Below are positions 24,149-36,111 of a DNA stretch of 64,000 bases, piece after piece (the stretch's first letter is position 1; the number at the start of each line of letters is the position of its first letter). The stretch is from positions 10,974,001-11,038,000 of the forward strand of contig NC_086108.1 in the NCBI RefSeq assembly GCF_963921235.1, given 5' to 3'. Origin of the DNA: Mobula hypostoma. Taxonomy: Eukaryota. A program made the translations under genes and the position numbers. A model generated the notes under the pieces. That model saw only the letters and a list, made by a program, of their open reading frames with translations. It was not told the origin of the DNA and searched no databases.

Positions 24149-25083
24149 TCGTTTCCACGGATGCTGCCCGACCTGCTGAGTTCCTCCAGCGTGTTGTGAG
24201 TGTTCCTCACTTCTCACTACTGTCAGTCATGCAAGTCCCGGGTGGAGACTCAGGAATACCGTCACACACAGATGTAGAAGGCTTCTTCATTGCTGTTTCA
24301 GTAACAGTTTTGTTTTACCAGTCAGGTTTGTTAGCCCTGAACTGAACCTGGAGGACTGGTGGACCACACTTAGTCTGACCTCTACCCTTTGACCTGTTCG
24401 GCATGGGTGATCCTACGGGAACCAAAGTATAAAGCCCTGACTCCAGCCAACATATCTCACCGGGTCATTGAGGCACGCAAGCCTCCAAACCCAACGAGAA
24501 GGTTGTGGCCCTCTTGGAGGCACCCCCCCCCCCGCGTCCCCCCATCCCCCCGGAGCTGGCCACCTACCAAAGGAGCTACAGCTCCGAAGCTGTAATCCAG
24601 GTACAGATGGGTCTGGAAACAGTGACATGTTGTTAAATTGAACCCACTTGTGGATGAGATGTAGATTTTCCTGTGCTTGCTGTTAATTTCGTTTAGATTG
24701 ATTTCCTGGTGGTGTAATTAAATGCACCATGTACCAAGGCATACAAATTGGTGGCATTAATCAGCAGTTTATAGAAAGAGAACTGCGGCCAAGGAGTTGT
24801 TCATTTATGAGGTTCGGGCTACATCTGCCACAGTATTGAATCATTCAATGTTTCATAAAATCAGACTTTGCCCAGTTAATTCAGAAGAGTGTCCACAGAT
24901 GCTTCCAAACTCTTTGGCAAGATGAGTGAACTGACGTCAGCCTTCCCTCCTGGGCCTGAGACTCTCTCTCCTTTTTTTTTGACAAAACTACAATAGTTTA
25001 TTTACACAAAAATACACAAAATCAAGAATTTACAAGACAGTGAACAAATTAAAGTTGAAATATGATTATTGGCGACATGAGAG

Positions 25084-26420
25084 AGTCTGCAGATGCTGGA
25101 AATCCAGGGCAACACAACAACACACTGGGGGAGCTCAGCAGGTCAGGCAGCATCAATGGAAATGAATAAGCAGTTGATGTTTCGGGCTGAGACTCTAATT
25201 CAGGACTGGAAAGGAAGGGGGTAAGATGCCAGAACTAAAAGGTGGAAGGAGGATAGCTAAAAGGTGATAGGTGAAGCCAGGAGGGTGGAAAGGTCAAGGG
25301 CTGGAAAAGAAGGAATTTAATAGGAGAGAACAGTGGATCATAGAAGAAAGGGAGTGGGGGGGAACAGGGGGAGGTCATAGGCAGGTAAAAAGAAGTAAAA
25401 TGTCAGAGTGGGGAATAGAGCAAAGCGGGCGGGGTGGGGGGCAGGTGAGGAATTTGTTCACCGGAGGGAGAAATCAATATTTATGCATTAGGTTGAAGGG
25501 TATCAATATGGAATATAAGCTCTTGCTCCTCCACCCTCATCTTGGCACAAGAGGAGGCCATGGACCAACATCGTCGTGGTTGTCCCTCAAGGTTGAGGAT
25601 GATGGTCTTCGTTCTGAAGAAGTGGCCCACAGAGCGAAGACACCTGTGCGTGTATTTGTTTAATGTGTACTTGATGTTGCACTCCAAGAGGCACACGATA
25701 CTTCACAAATCAACCAACTGATTCCAATGGCATGGAAACCACGACGATTGGAGCTGATGGATTTGTTGCAGCCTTCATCCGCCTTCGCAGCCGTTGAGTT
25801 TGAAGTAACTTCGTCCGCCTGTTCCACCATTGAGGTCTTGGTTGGATTGTTCTTTGTCAGGGACCTCACCCTCGACCTTACCGCCATGGGTGACCCTACC
25901 AGGAGCATAGCCCCAGATGGCGCTGCTCTGGAGATCTCAGGACCACACAAGCTTCTCCACCACGACAAGGTGACAATCCAGGGAGAAGATGGACTAACAT
26001 ATCGTAATGGGAATGGGAGTGAGAATTTAAATGTTTGGCCATCAGAAGGTCCTGCTTGTGGTGGATGGTGTGGAGGTGCTCAACAAAGCAGTCCCCCTAT
26101 TTTCGACAATCTCTCAATGAAGTGGTCCCCCAACTTACAGTCTATAAAACAGTCAGTCCCCTGGCGGGGCACACTGTACCCACGGTGACCATATGTTCCC
26201 TCTCCAAGGATACCCAGGCATGAATGTGTCTCTGGAAGAGAGGTAGGCTGTCGTCCCAGGAAAAGCCCTCGACTCCCCATTTCCTGGACCGATGAATGGC
26301 CAACTTGGCCAGGCCCTGCAGCAAGCCCAGCAGTGGACCCTCCAGGTACACTGAAGCAAAACAACCAGATATAAGGAGCAATAGTCTGAATGCTGATGGC
26401 CTCCTTTGTGCATGGTACTT
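25084..26420 (-). mobile_element. Degenerate PLE
   Basis: Terminal motif, decayed hammerhead at about 25171-25208, RVEEQELIFHIDTLQP, and an LGDHFIE fragment. Confidence 0.7.
25572..25988 (-). mobile_element. Short RTE-type non-autonomous element (5' end joined to 3' tail)
   Basis: 12-bp TSD ATGGACCAACAT (25560-25571) / ATGGACTAACAT (25989-26000); minus 5' end CACCTTGTCGTGGTGGAGAAGCTTG resembles RTE/Expander 5' ends. Confidence 0.7.
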
Positions 26421-26429
26421 CTGGGCTGG

Positions 26430-27335
26430 CTGTGTGTATACCCATGACCGTGTCGCCACCCACACTTCTAATCTGCTACTTAAGTTTGCCGATGACACTA
26501 CATTGATTGGCCTTATCTCAACAATAATGAGGTGGCCTACAAGGAAGAAATCAGCTCTCTGACACACTGGTGTCAAGAAAACAACTTCTCCCTCGATGTC
26601 GCAAAAACAAAGGAGCTGGTTGTGGATTACAGGAGGAATGGAGACGGGCTAACCCATATTGACATCAATAGATCTGTTGTTGAGAGGGTAAACAGCTTTA
26701 CGTTCCTCAACACCCACATCACTGAGGACCTCACATTGTCTGTACACACCAGCTGTGTGGTGAAAAAGACACAACAGTGCCTCTTTCACCTCAGACAGTT
26801 GAGGAAGTTTGGTATGGGCCCCCAAATCCTAAGAACTTTCTACAGAGGCACAATTGAGAGCATCCTGACTGGCTGCATTACTGCCTGGTGTGGGAACTGT
26901 ACCTCCCTTAATCGCAGGGTTCTGCAGAGAGTGGTGCAGACAGCCCAGCACATCTGTAGTTGTGAACTTCCCTTGATTCAGGACGTTTACAAAGACAGGT
27001 GTGAAAAAGGGCCCGTGGGATCACTGGGGACCTGAGTCACCACAACCACAAACTGTTCCAGCTGCTGCCATCCGAGAAACAGTATCGCAGCATAAAAGCC
27101 AGGACCAACAGGCTCCGGGACAGCTTCTTCCAACAGGCCGTCAGACTGATTAATTCATGCTGATTTGAGCGTATTTCTATGTTACATTGACTGTTCTATT
27201 TATTATAAATTGCAAAGTATGTATTATAAATTATTATGATTGCACATTACACATTTAACTGGAGACGTAATGTAAAGATTTTTACTCCTCATGTATGTGA
27301 AGGATGTAAGAAATAAAATCAATTTAAATCAATTC
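26430..27335 (+). mobile_element. Rex1/Babar-type LINE RT C-terminus and 3' UTR
   Basis: YTHDRVA..LLKFADDTTLIGLI; WCQENNFSLDVAKTKELVVDYRR; FYRGTIESILTGCITAW. Confidence 0.88.
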
Positions 27336-28352
27336 ACAAACACAACAGGCTGAAGTTTTCCCCATTCCTGTCCTATGATGGATGTGTGAGGTGAACTGAA
27401 CATGTAGGGACTCTTTTTCAATTTTGTGTTTTAAAATTGGATTCAGCAGTTTTTGCAGGTCCAGGTGACTTCTTCCAGTTCATCTGCAAAACAGCTTACT
27501 CTTCTATTCTCATGTCTCTCCTTTCTTTTCAAGGCAGCTGGGGTTGTGTCAGAGTCCATGATCTCCAGATGCAGCTCAAACTACGGTTCTCGTGCTTGGA
27601 CTTGCCATGTATCCTGGTGTTTCATTATCTCCAGGCGCAGCCTGAAAGACCCATGGCCGATCCAGTTCCTCGCCAATGTTGCCAACTGAAGCATCGCAGG
27701 AGACTGAAACACTGGAACGGGAGGCGGTGGGTGTGGCTGTCAGAAGAAGGCTCCTGCACATGAGCGATCTTCTCTCTCTCTCTCAGTTAATGATGAGTGA
27801 GATTCTGTTGGGCCTCAAGTCAGGGATCTCAGGCAAGTGACGCAGCAGATTGTAACATCGAAACAGTGAGTTGCTGGTCTCCCCTTTTGTTGTTGCAGGA
27901 GTCATATCTCTCTCTCCCTCTCTAGTGAGTGAGGGAGAGCCTGTCTGAAATGTTGAAGTGCTGGGATAGACCGTAGTTTTTGATGGACTCCGGATCATGG
28001 TCTCTGAGGACTTTGCTATTGTTTGCATGGTGGGGAGGGGATGGAATTTGATACTTTTGTTGTTGTTTGTGCCTGGGAGAGGCGGCTTTGTGGTTCTAAT
28101 GTTTCTGACATTCATTCTTTGAGGGTATTTTTCTATTTCGTGGATGTCTGTGAAGAGTAAGAATTTCAGCTTGTACCTGTATACATTCTCAGTCAGGAAA
28201 TTGAAACATTTGATCCATTTATTCTGTGTTTCTCACGCATTCTTCATGGTGTTTGCCTGTTTTTTTGCATGTTGTTTGGGAGGGGCTGCTCTTCCTCTTT
28301 GAATGGGTACAATGATTTTCTTTGTTTGGTGGCTCTCTGTGGGAAGACAAAC

Positions 28353-29935
28353 CTCAGGGTTGTATATGAGATGAATCTCAGGTTGTAAATGAGATAAATG
28401 TCATGATTGTATATGAGATGAATCTTAGGGTTGTATCTGAGATGAATATTAAGGTTGTATATGAGATGAATCTCAGGGTTGTATATGAGGTGAATCTCAG
28501 GGTTGTATATGAGGTGAATCTCAGGGTTGTATATGAGGTGAATGTCAGGGTTGTATATGAGATGAATCTCAGGGTTGTATATGAGGTGAATGTCAGGGTT
28601 ATATATGAGGTGAATCTCAGGGTTGTATATGAGGTGAATCTCAGGGTTGTATATGAGGTGAATGTCAGGGTTATATATGAGGTGAAACTCAGGGTTGTAT
28701 ATGAGATGAATGTCAGGATTGTATATGAGATGAATCTCAGGGTTGTATATGAGGTGAATGTCAGGGTTATATATGAGGTGAATGTCAGGGGGTTGTATAT
28801 AGAACATAGAATACTACAGCACAGTACAGGCCCTTCGGCCCACAATGTTGTGCCGACCCTCAAACCCTGCCTCCCATATAAGCCCCCACCTTAGATTCCT
28901 CCATATACCTGTCTAGTAGTCTCTTAAACTTCACTAGTGTATCTGCCTCCACCACTGACACAGGCAGTGCATTCCACGCACCAACCACTCTCTGAGTTAA
29001 AAACCTTCCTCTAATATTCCCCTTGAACTTCCCACCCCTCACCTTAAAGCCATGTCCTCTTGTATTGAGCAGTGGTGCCCTGGGGAAGAGGCGCTGGCTA
29101 TCCACTCTATCTATTCTTCTTATTATCTTGTACACCTCTATCATGTCTCCTCTCATCCTCCTTCTCTCCAAAGAGTAAAGCCCTAGCTCCCTTAATCTCT
29201 GATCATAATGCATACCTTCTAAACCAGGCAGCATCCTGGTAAATCTCCTCTGTACCCTTTCCAATGCTTCCACATCCTTCCTATAGTGAGGCGACCAGAA
29301 CTGGACACAGTACTCCAAGTGTGGCCTAACCAGAGTTTTATAGAGCTGCATCATTACATCGCGACTCTTAAACTCTATCCCTCGACTTATGAAAGCTAAC
29401 ACCCCATAAGCTTTCTTAACTACCCTATCCACCTGTGAGGCAACTTTCAGGGATCTGTGGACATGTACCCCCAGATCCCTCGGCTCCTCCACACTACCAA
29501 GTATCCTGCCATTTACTTTGTACTTTGATGAATGTTAGGGTTGTATATGAGGTGAATCTCAGGGTTGTCTATGAGATGAATGTCAGGGTTGTATATGAGA
29601 TGAATGTCAGGGTTGTATATGAGATGAATCTCAGGGTTGTATATGAGATGAATGTTAAGGTTGTATATGAGGTGAATCTCAGGGTTATATCTGAGATGAA
29701 TCTCAGGGATGTATATGAGGTGAATCTCAGTGTTGTATCTGAGATGAATCTCAGGGTTGTATATGAGGTGAATCTCAGGGTTGTATATGAGACAAATGTC
29801 AGGATTGTATCTGAGATGAATCTCAGGGTAGTATAAGAGGTGAATGTCAGGGGGTTGTATATAAGTTGAATGTTAGAGTTGTACATGAGATGAATCTCAT
29901 GGTTCTATATGAGAAGAATGACAGGGTTCTATACT
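28353..29935. repeat. 24-bp minisatellite split by a CR1 insertion
   Basis: Unit GAATCTCAGGGTTGTATATGAG(G/A)T at 28353-28800 and 29528-29935. Confidence 0.95.
28800..29527 (-). mobile_element. Young 5'-truncated CR1 (subfamily A)
   Basis: Intact 210-aa ORF 28860-29492 (DLGVHV..LYKTLVRPHLEYCVQFWSP..ERVQRRFTRM); TTCTATG tail. Confidence 0.95.
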
Positions 29936-30317
29936 GCATGAATACTTTGATAATAAATGGACTCTGACCTTGACCACCTGTACCTGTTGATACGAGCACC
30001 CATGTACGCCTGGTCTGCAGGTCACAGAAGGAAGCAGAGCTGAGGCACTGGTCTCATCCTCATCTATGTTCTAGGTGCAGCACAAACATCTTCAGAAAAC
30101 TGAGGTGGCAGATGGGGGGAATGGGTCCCATGACGCAGAGAAGAGGTGGAACACAGTATGGTTACTGAATGAGAAAGTTGAGTGTTGTCACAGCAACAGC
30201 CTTGCACTCAATGTCAGTCAGACCAAAGAGCTGATTGTGGACTTCAGAAATGGTAAGACAAGGGAACACACACCAGTCCTCACAGAGGGATTAGAAATGG
30301 AAAGAGTGAGCAGTTAA

Positions 30318-30890
30318 ACCATAAGACCATAAGGTATAGGAGCAGAAGCAGGCCATTCGGCCCATCGAGTCTGCTCTGCCATTTAATCATGGGCTGATCC
30401 AATTCTTCCAGTCATCCCCACTTCCCTGCCTTCATCCTACACTCTTTGATGCCTTGGCTAATCAAGAACTTATCCATCTCTGCCTTAAATGCACCCAATG
30501 GCTTGGCCTCCACAGCTGCTCATAGCAACAAATTCCACAGATTTACCACCCTCTGACTAAAGTAATTTCTCCGCATCTCAGTTCTAAATGGACACCCTTC
30601 AATCTTAAAGTCATGCCCTCTTGTCCTAGAATCCCCGACCATGGAAAATAACTTTGCCATATCTAATCTCTTCAAGCCTTTTAACATTTAGAATATTTCT
30701 ATAATCCCCCCTCATTCTCCTGAACTCCAGGGAATATAGCCCAGGAGTTGCCAGATGTTCCTCATACAGTAACCCTTTCAGTCCTGGAATCATTCTTGTG
30801 AATCTTTTCTGAACTCTGTCCAATGTCAGTATGTCCTTTCTAAAATAAGAAGTCCAAAGCTGCACACAATACTCTAAGTGTGGTCTCGCA
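30318..30890 (-). mobile_element. CR1 3' end
   Basis: KDILTLDRVQKRFTRMIPGLKGL..GLYSLEFRRMRGD. Confidence 0.85.
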
Positions 30891-30892
30891 GT

Positions 30893-31059
30893 AAAATATG
30901 ACTTCCATCATGCTGAGTGTCTGCCCCTAGTCTGAGGGAGAGGAGCAGGGCGAAATCACCTTTATTCAGGGGTCTGTGGGAGGAGCCACAGGGGCAGTCA
31001 GCAGAGGGGCATGTCCAGACAGATAACCCAATTACAACATATATATATGGTTTACCACA
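30893..31059 (-). mobile_element. Truncated LTR 5' segment (Gypsy-like)
   Basis: Minus strand starts TGTGGTAAACC, followed by CCCCTCTGCTGACTGCCCCTGTGGCTCCTCCC and AATAAAGG; the other end is missing. Confidence 0.5.
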
Positions 31060-31063
31060 CCAT

Positions 31064-32250
31064 CCCAGTCTGTTATATCTGTTGCCCACACCTCTCTGTC
31101 CCCCTCCCAGTCTGTTACATCTGTTGCCCACACCTCTCTGTCCCCCTCCCAGTCTGTTATATCTGTTGCCCACACCTCTCTGTCCCCCCTCCCAGTCTGT
31201 TATATCTGTTGCCCACATCTCTCTGTCCCCCTCCCAGTCTGTTACATCTGTTGCCCACACCTCTCTGTCCCCACTCCCAGTCTGTTACATCTGTTGCCCA
31301 CATCTCTCTGTCCCCCTCTCAATCTGTTACATCTGTTGCCCACACCTCTCTGTCCCCACTCCCAGTCTGTTACATCTGTTGCCCACATCTCTCTGTCCCC
31401 ACCTCCCAGTCTGTTATATCTGTTGCCCACACCTCTCTGTCCCCCTCCCAGTCTGTTATATCTGTTGCCCACACCTCTCTGTCCCCCTCCCGGTCTGTTA
31501 CATCTGTTGCCCACACCTCTCCGTTCCCCCCTCCCAGTCTGTTATATCTGTTGCCCACACCTCTCTGTCCCCCCTCCCAGTCTGTTATATCTGTTGCCCA
31601 CATCTCTCTGTCCCCCTCCCAGTCTGTTACATCTGTTGCCCACACCTCTCTGTCCCCCCCCCGGTCTGTTACATCTGTTGCCCACACTCTCTTGTCCCCC
31701 TCTCAATCTGTTACATCTGTTGCCCACACCTCTCTGTCCCCACTCCCAGTCTGTTACATCTGTTGCCCACATCTCTCTGTCCCCCTCCCAGTCTGTTACA
31801 TCTGTTGCCCACACCTCTCTGTCCCCCCCCCCCGGTCTGTTACATCTGTTGCCCACACCTCTCTGTCCCCCTCTCAATCTGTTACATCTGTTGCCCACAC
31901 CTCTCTGTCCCCACTCCCAGTCTGTTACATCTGTTGCCCACATCTCTCTGTCCCCCTCTCAATCTGTTACATCTGTTGCCCACACCTCTCTGTCCCCACC
32001 TCCCAGTCTGTTATATCTGTTGCCCACACCTCTCCGTTCCCCCCTCCCAGTCTGTTATATCTGTTGCCCACACCTCTCTGTCCCCCTCCCGGTCTGTTAC
32101 ATCTGTTGCCCACACCTCTCCGTTCCCCCCTCCCAGTCTGTTATATCTGTTGCCCACATCTCTCTGTCCCCCTCCCGGTCTGTTACATCTGTTGCCCACA
32201 CCTCACTGACCCTCTCCGCGCACGGTTTGTTACATCTGTTACCCACACCT
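31064..32250. repeat. 42-44 bp minisatellite, about 28 units
   Basis: Unit CCCAGTCTGTTA(C/T)ATCTGTTGCCCACACCTCTCTGTCCCCCT. Confidence 0.97.
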
Positions 32251-32917
32251 CACTGCACCCCTTGCCAGCTCACTAGCTCTCCCTCTATGCCGGTGAAATA
32301 TGATGTCTCCTTTTACGAGTCATTTCTTCCATCTGCAATTCAAGAGACAGGTGCTGATAAGCAAAATGTTCCGAATGGAGCAAGTTTAAAAAAAGACAAT
32401 TTCTCCTAAAGAAAGCAATTTGAAAAAGATTTCTCCGGAACCCTTTAATGGCTTGTGTTTGACCATTTATTTTCATAGCAAAGACAGTGCCACAGGTGAC
32501 GTGGATTCAACGCTCTCTGTACAACCACCTCTGCACGAAGCCAGATCCCAGTTCTGCAGGGCTTCCACCAATCCTACCAGGACTTTTCTCCTCTTTTATG
32601 TATCCTATATATTACAAGTGTGGTTCTGCTGCTGTCGGAGCCTGTTATCTTCAGTCTGCAATGCGATTTCGAGCTGATTGGGCGATCTGCCACTTTGTGG
32701 TCTCCAAGAGTGTTCTACAAAGCACACGGCGTACGGGCTAGGAATCCTGGAGACGGAGCGGGGACCCATCATTGACTCCATCTCTCGTCAATTAAAGCGC
32801 TGAAGAAGATTGAAGTCATCTCGCTTGTTGCTGTCAAGGGAAGTTCCCAGCGTTCGAAATGGTCTCTTTCTCGCTCTCCTCGATGATGTCAGCAGGTGGA
32901 GCTGCAGCAAGGTTTAA

Positions 32918-33040
32918 TCAAGCAACACACATCAAAGCTGCTGGTGAACGCAGCAGGCCAGGCAGCATCTCTAGGAAGAGGTACAGTCGACGTTTCGGGC
33001 AGAGACCCTTCGTCAGGACAAACTGAAAGAAGAGCTAGTA
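32918..33040 (-). mobile_element. Isolated PLE terminus, same subfamily as 7330-7452
   Basis: Near-identical to 7330-7452 (CAAGCAACACAC..GCTGGTGAACGCAGCAGGCCAGGCAGCATCTCTAGGAAGAGGTACAGTC). Confidence 0.85.
32986..33019 (-). ncRNA. Minimal type I hammerhead ribozyme with an intact core
   Basis: Minus strand GUC-CUGACGA-A-GGGU(CUCU)GCCC-GAAA-CGUC-GAC; predicted cut after GUC, between 32989 and 32988. Confidence 0.8.
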
Positions 33041-33604
33041 GTTTGATGGTTTGCACTCTAGTTCACTTTTTATGAATTATTTTTGGGCGATTTTTGAATT
33101 GGGGCTGCTGGCAGATAAGTACTGAGCTGAACTGCACTGAGATATGCCTTTTGACTTTGTGTTTTATATTCTGTGTTTTTGCTTTTTTCGTGCCATTTGT
33201 GTAATTTTTTTGGGGGAAAGTAGGGGGCGGTGGGGGGGTTTGATGTCTGATGTTTTTCTGGGTTTTCTTTGTCTCCTGACTGTCTGGGGGGAGGATGCAT
33301 CTCAGGGGCGTATATTGCCTACGTACTTTGATAATAAATGTACCTGGAATCTTTGACCTCGCCAAGTCTGATGCTTAGACTTTGCTGGGTTGTGCATACT
33401 GTCCAAGGTGATAGTTGCTTGGGGATGGAGACTTTGTCTATTGTCTCAGGTGGTTTGTAGTCTGAGAGCACGAGCAGTCAGACAAGCAAAGTTCAGTCCC
33501 AAATCTGAGTTTCAGCTGCCTGGGAGGGTTTAGAATCTCCAGCTAATGTGCTGGTAAATGAGTGGTGGTGCTGGAGGGAGACCATGCCATCTCTCCTTCT
33601 AACC

Positions 33605-34235
33605 CATAAGTCATAGAAGGAGTATTAAACCATTCAGCCCATCAAGTCTGCTCTGCCATTTCATTATGGCTAATCCATTTCCCTCTCAACCAAATTCCCC
33701 TGCTTTCTCCCTGTAACCTTTCACACTCTGACTATTCAAAAACCTATCAACCTCCAACTTAAATACACCCAGTGACCTGGCCACCACAGCCACCTGTGGT
33801 ACTGAATTTCTCAGTTTAACCACCCTCTAGCTCAAGAAGTTCCCCCTCACCTCTGTTCTGAATGGATGTCCCTCTATCTTAAGGCTGTACCTCTGCTCCC
33901 AGGTTCCATCACCAAAGGAAACATCCTTTCCACATCCGCTCTGTCGAGGCCTTTCAACATTTGATAGCTTTCCCCCCATTCTTCTGAATTCTGCTGCGTA
34001 CAGGGCCAGAGCCTTCAATTGCTGATCATATGATAACCCTTTCATTCCTGGAATCATTCTCGTGAACCTCCTCTGAACCCTCTCCTATGTCAGGGTCAGC
34101 ACCTTCAATAAGGGGCCAAAACCCATCACAGTACTTCAAATGAAGCCTTACCAGTGCTTTATAAAGACTCAGTATTACATCCTTGTTTTTATATTCCATG
34201 CCTCTTGAAATAACTGTTAACATTGCATTCATGTT
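33605..34235 (-). mobile_element. CR1 3' end
   Basis: ISRGMEYKNKDVILSLYKALVRLHLKYC; MIPGMKGLSY. Confidence 0.85.
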
Positions 34236-34687
34236 CCTCCAAATTCTGCAAGGCCTTGGTCTAACCTCTGGTCTGCAAGGAGGACATTGGCCATTTAGGG
34301 GGAACCTGTCTGCATCTTCTCAGAGCCCAGTCTGATTCACGTTAACATCAAGGTTCTCCTCCGACTGCTTCTCCAACTGGCTGCACAGGACCGTGATCAT
34401 TTCCAGCTCAGATTATCTAACTTTTCACAGCTGGAAGTCAGTTCTGGAATTAGAGAAGTGTATATGTGTGTGGGTGGGAGGGAGAAAAATGGTTTGACTT
34501 CTTTGCTATGTTGTTCTGCTGAGCATTGTGGGTATGAATGGGTGGCAACACCCTCAGATGTGTTGGCTGTCAAGCAAATGACATACTTTACTGTATGTTT
34601 TAATGTACACGTAATAATTAAACTTGAATCGTGAGTCTTCAGTGTGTTTACCATGTACTTAATGAATTAAAACATCCTGAGGTCCTC

Positions 34688-35000
34688 CAGAATCAGGTTT
34701 AATATCACTGGCATATGTCGTCAAATTTGTGGTTTTTGTGACAGCAGTCCAATGCAATACATGATAATAAAAAAAGATAAGTTACAATAAGAAGTATATA
34801 TATATATATATATATAAAATAAGTAGTGCAAAAACAGAAAAAAATAGAGAGTTTGTGTTCACGGGTTCAATGTCCATTCAGGAATCTGATGACAGAGGGG
34901 AAGAAGCTGTTCCTGAATTGTTGAGTTTGTGTCTTCAAGCGTCTGTACCTCCTCCCTGATGGTAGGGGACAAGTCCTGGGTGATGGGGTCTTTGATGATA
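34688..35000 (-). mobile_element. Rex1/Babar-type 3' end
   Basis: PLPSGRRYRRLKTQTQQFRNSFFPSVIRFLN. Confidence 0.75.
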
Positions 35001-35009
35001 TTTGCTGCC

Positions 35010-35420
35010 CATTATGCCGGTGGTGTTTAGGGCAGCAAAGGAGGTCCTCCATGTCTGGAGTTGCTCCCAACTTCGTTCATCACGTCAGTAACTTCCTCTC
35101 CGTTTTCACTGCTGTCTTTCATGTGAGTCCCAGGTGGAGACTCAGGAATACTGTCACACTCAGATGTAGATGGATTCCTCATTGCTGTTTCTGCAATTTT
35201 GTTTGTCTGGTCAGTTTGTTAGCCCTGAGCTGAAGCCCTGAACCTGGAGAACCGGTAGACCACTCTTAATGTGGCCTCTACTGTTTAACCTGTTTGGCAT
35301 GGGTGATCCTGCCAAGAATCAAAGTATAAAGTCCTGACTCCAGCCAACATAGCTCCCTGGGTCATTGAGGCATGCAAACATCCAAACCCAACAACAAGGT
35401 GGCAGTCCTCTTGGAGGGTG
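35010..35420 (-). mobile_element. RTE-type non-autonomous element, uninterrupted copy
   Basis: Matches 22385-22481 joined to 24220-24520, and partly matches 39610-39895. Confidence 0.7.
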
Positions 35421-36111
35421 AAGTACAGAAGTCCTCTGATATATTGCATTTCCAATGTTCCACTCCATCAGATGTGACTGTACCTCATACTGAGGCATGA
35501 AAACCTCCAATCTATAACAAGATAACGATGTTCTTGGAGGGTCCTTGATGTTGGATACTGATTTTTTGTGACATTACACGAAGACAGGATGATTGGGAGT
35601 TTTAAAGAGAACCATATGGCACAGAGATCCTGGGATTGGTTTAATCATTGCTAGGTACAAGTCAACTTTCCCCCTGATCACTTGGAGGAAGACAGAGGAC
35701 TTGGGAGCTTATGGGGCAAATGGGGGTCAAAGGTTCAAAGATTCACTTATTATCGAGATATACAACTCTGTAATACTGCAGCTTTCTGGGTAACCATGAA
35801 ACCAAGATAGAAAAGAGAAGAAAGGCAGTATGATCATCAACCCCAAAATCCCATCCCCCCACAAAAGAAAAACAAACAAAAACAGAGCACAAACATCAAC
35901 CCTCAAATCCTTCCTCCTGCACAAAAAAAACAAACAAAATGTATCAGGTACATCAACCCCCGAATCCCTCCTCCACGAAACACAAACCAAATGCCTCCTC
36001 CACAAAACAAAAACCAAATGGATCAGGCATATCAACCACTCCCCGCAACAAAAAAACCCGAGAAGATTGGGCGAAAGAACACAGAATATAAAAACTACAA
36101 GACTGAAAAAT

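Larger units (their letters stand above)
22482..24204 (+). mobile_element. PLE with an inverted partial duplication (minus arm 22482-23066, plus arm about 23086-24204)
   Basis: The arms are reverse complements over about 550 bp; 15-bp TSD CCTCAGTTTTCACTA (22467-22481) / CCTCACTTCTCACTA (24205-24219). Confidence 0.93.
22385..24520 (-). mobile_element. RTE-type non-autonomous element hosting the inverted PLE
   Basis: The flanks join into a sequence matching the uninterrupted copy at 35010-35420. Confidence 0.7.

Noticed and set aside
28244..29886. Repetitive ORFs (IHLIYNP, VVYEVNLR)
   Set aside because: Translations of the 24-bp minisatellite
30060..30150. Possible host exon after TTCTAG
   Set aside because: Weak splice signals, unrecognisable peptide, no partner exons
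30917..32409. Cys/Pro-rich ORFs of 371-430 aa (keratin-associated or mucin-like appearance)
   Set aside because: All three frames are open because of the 42-44 bp tandem repeat; unit-length variation shifts frames freely
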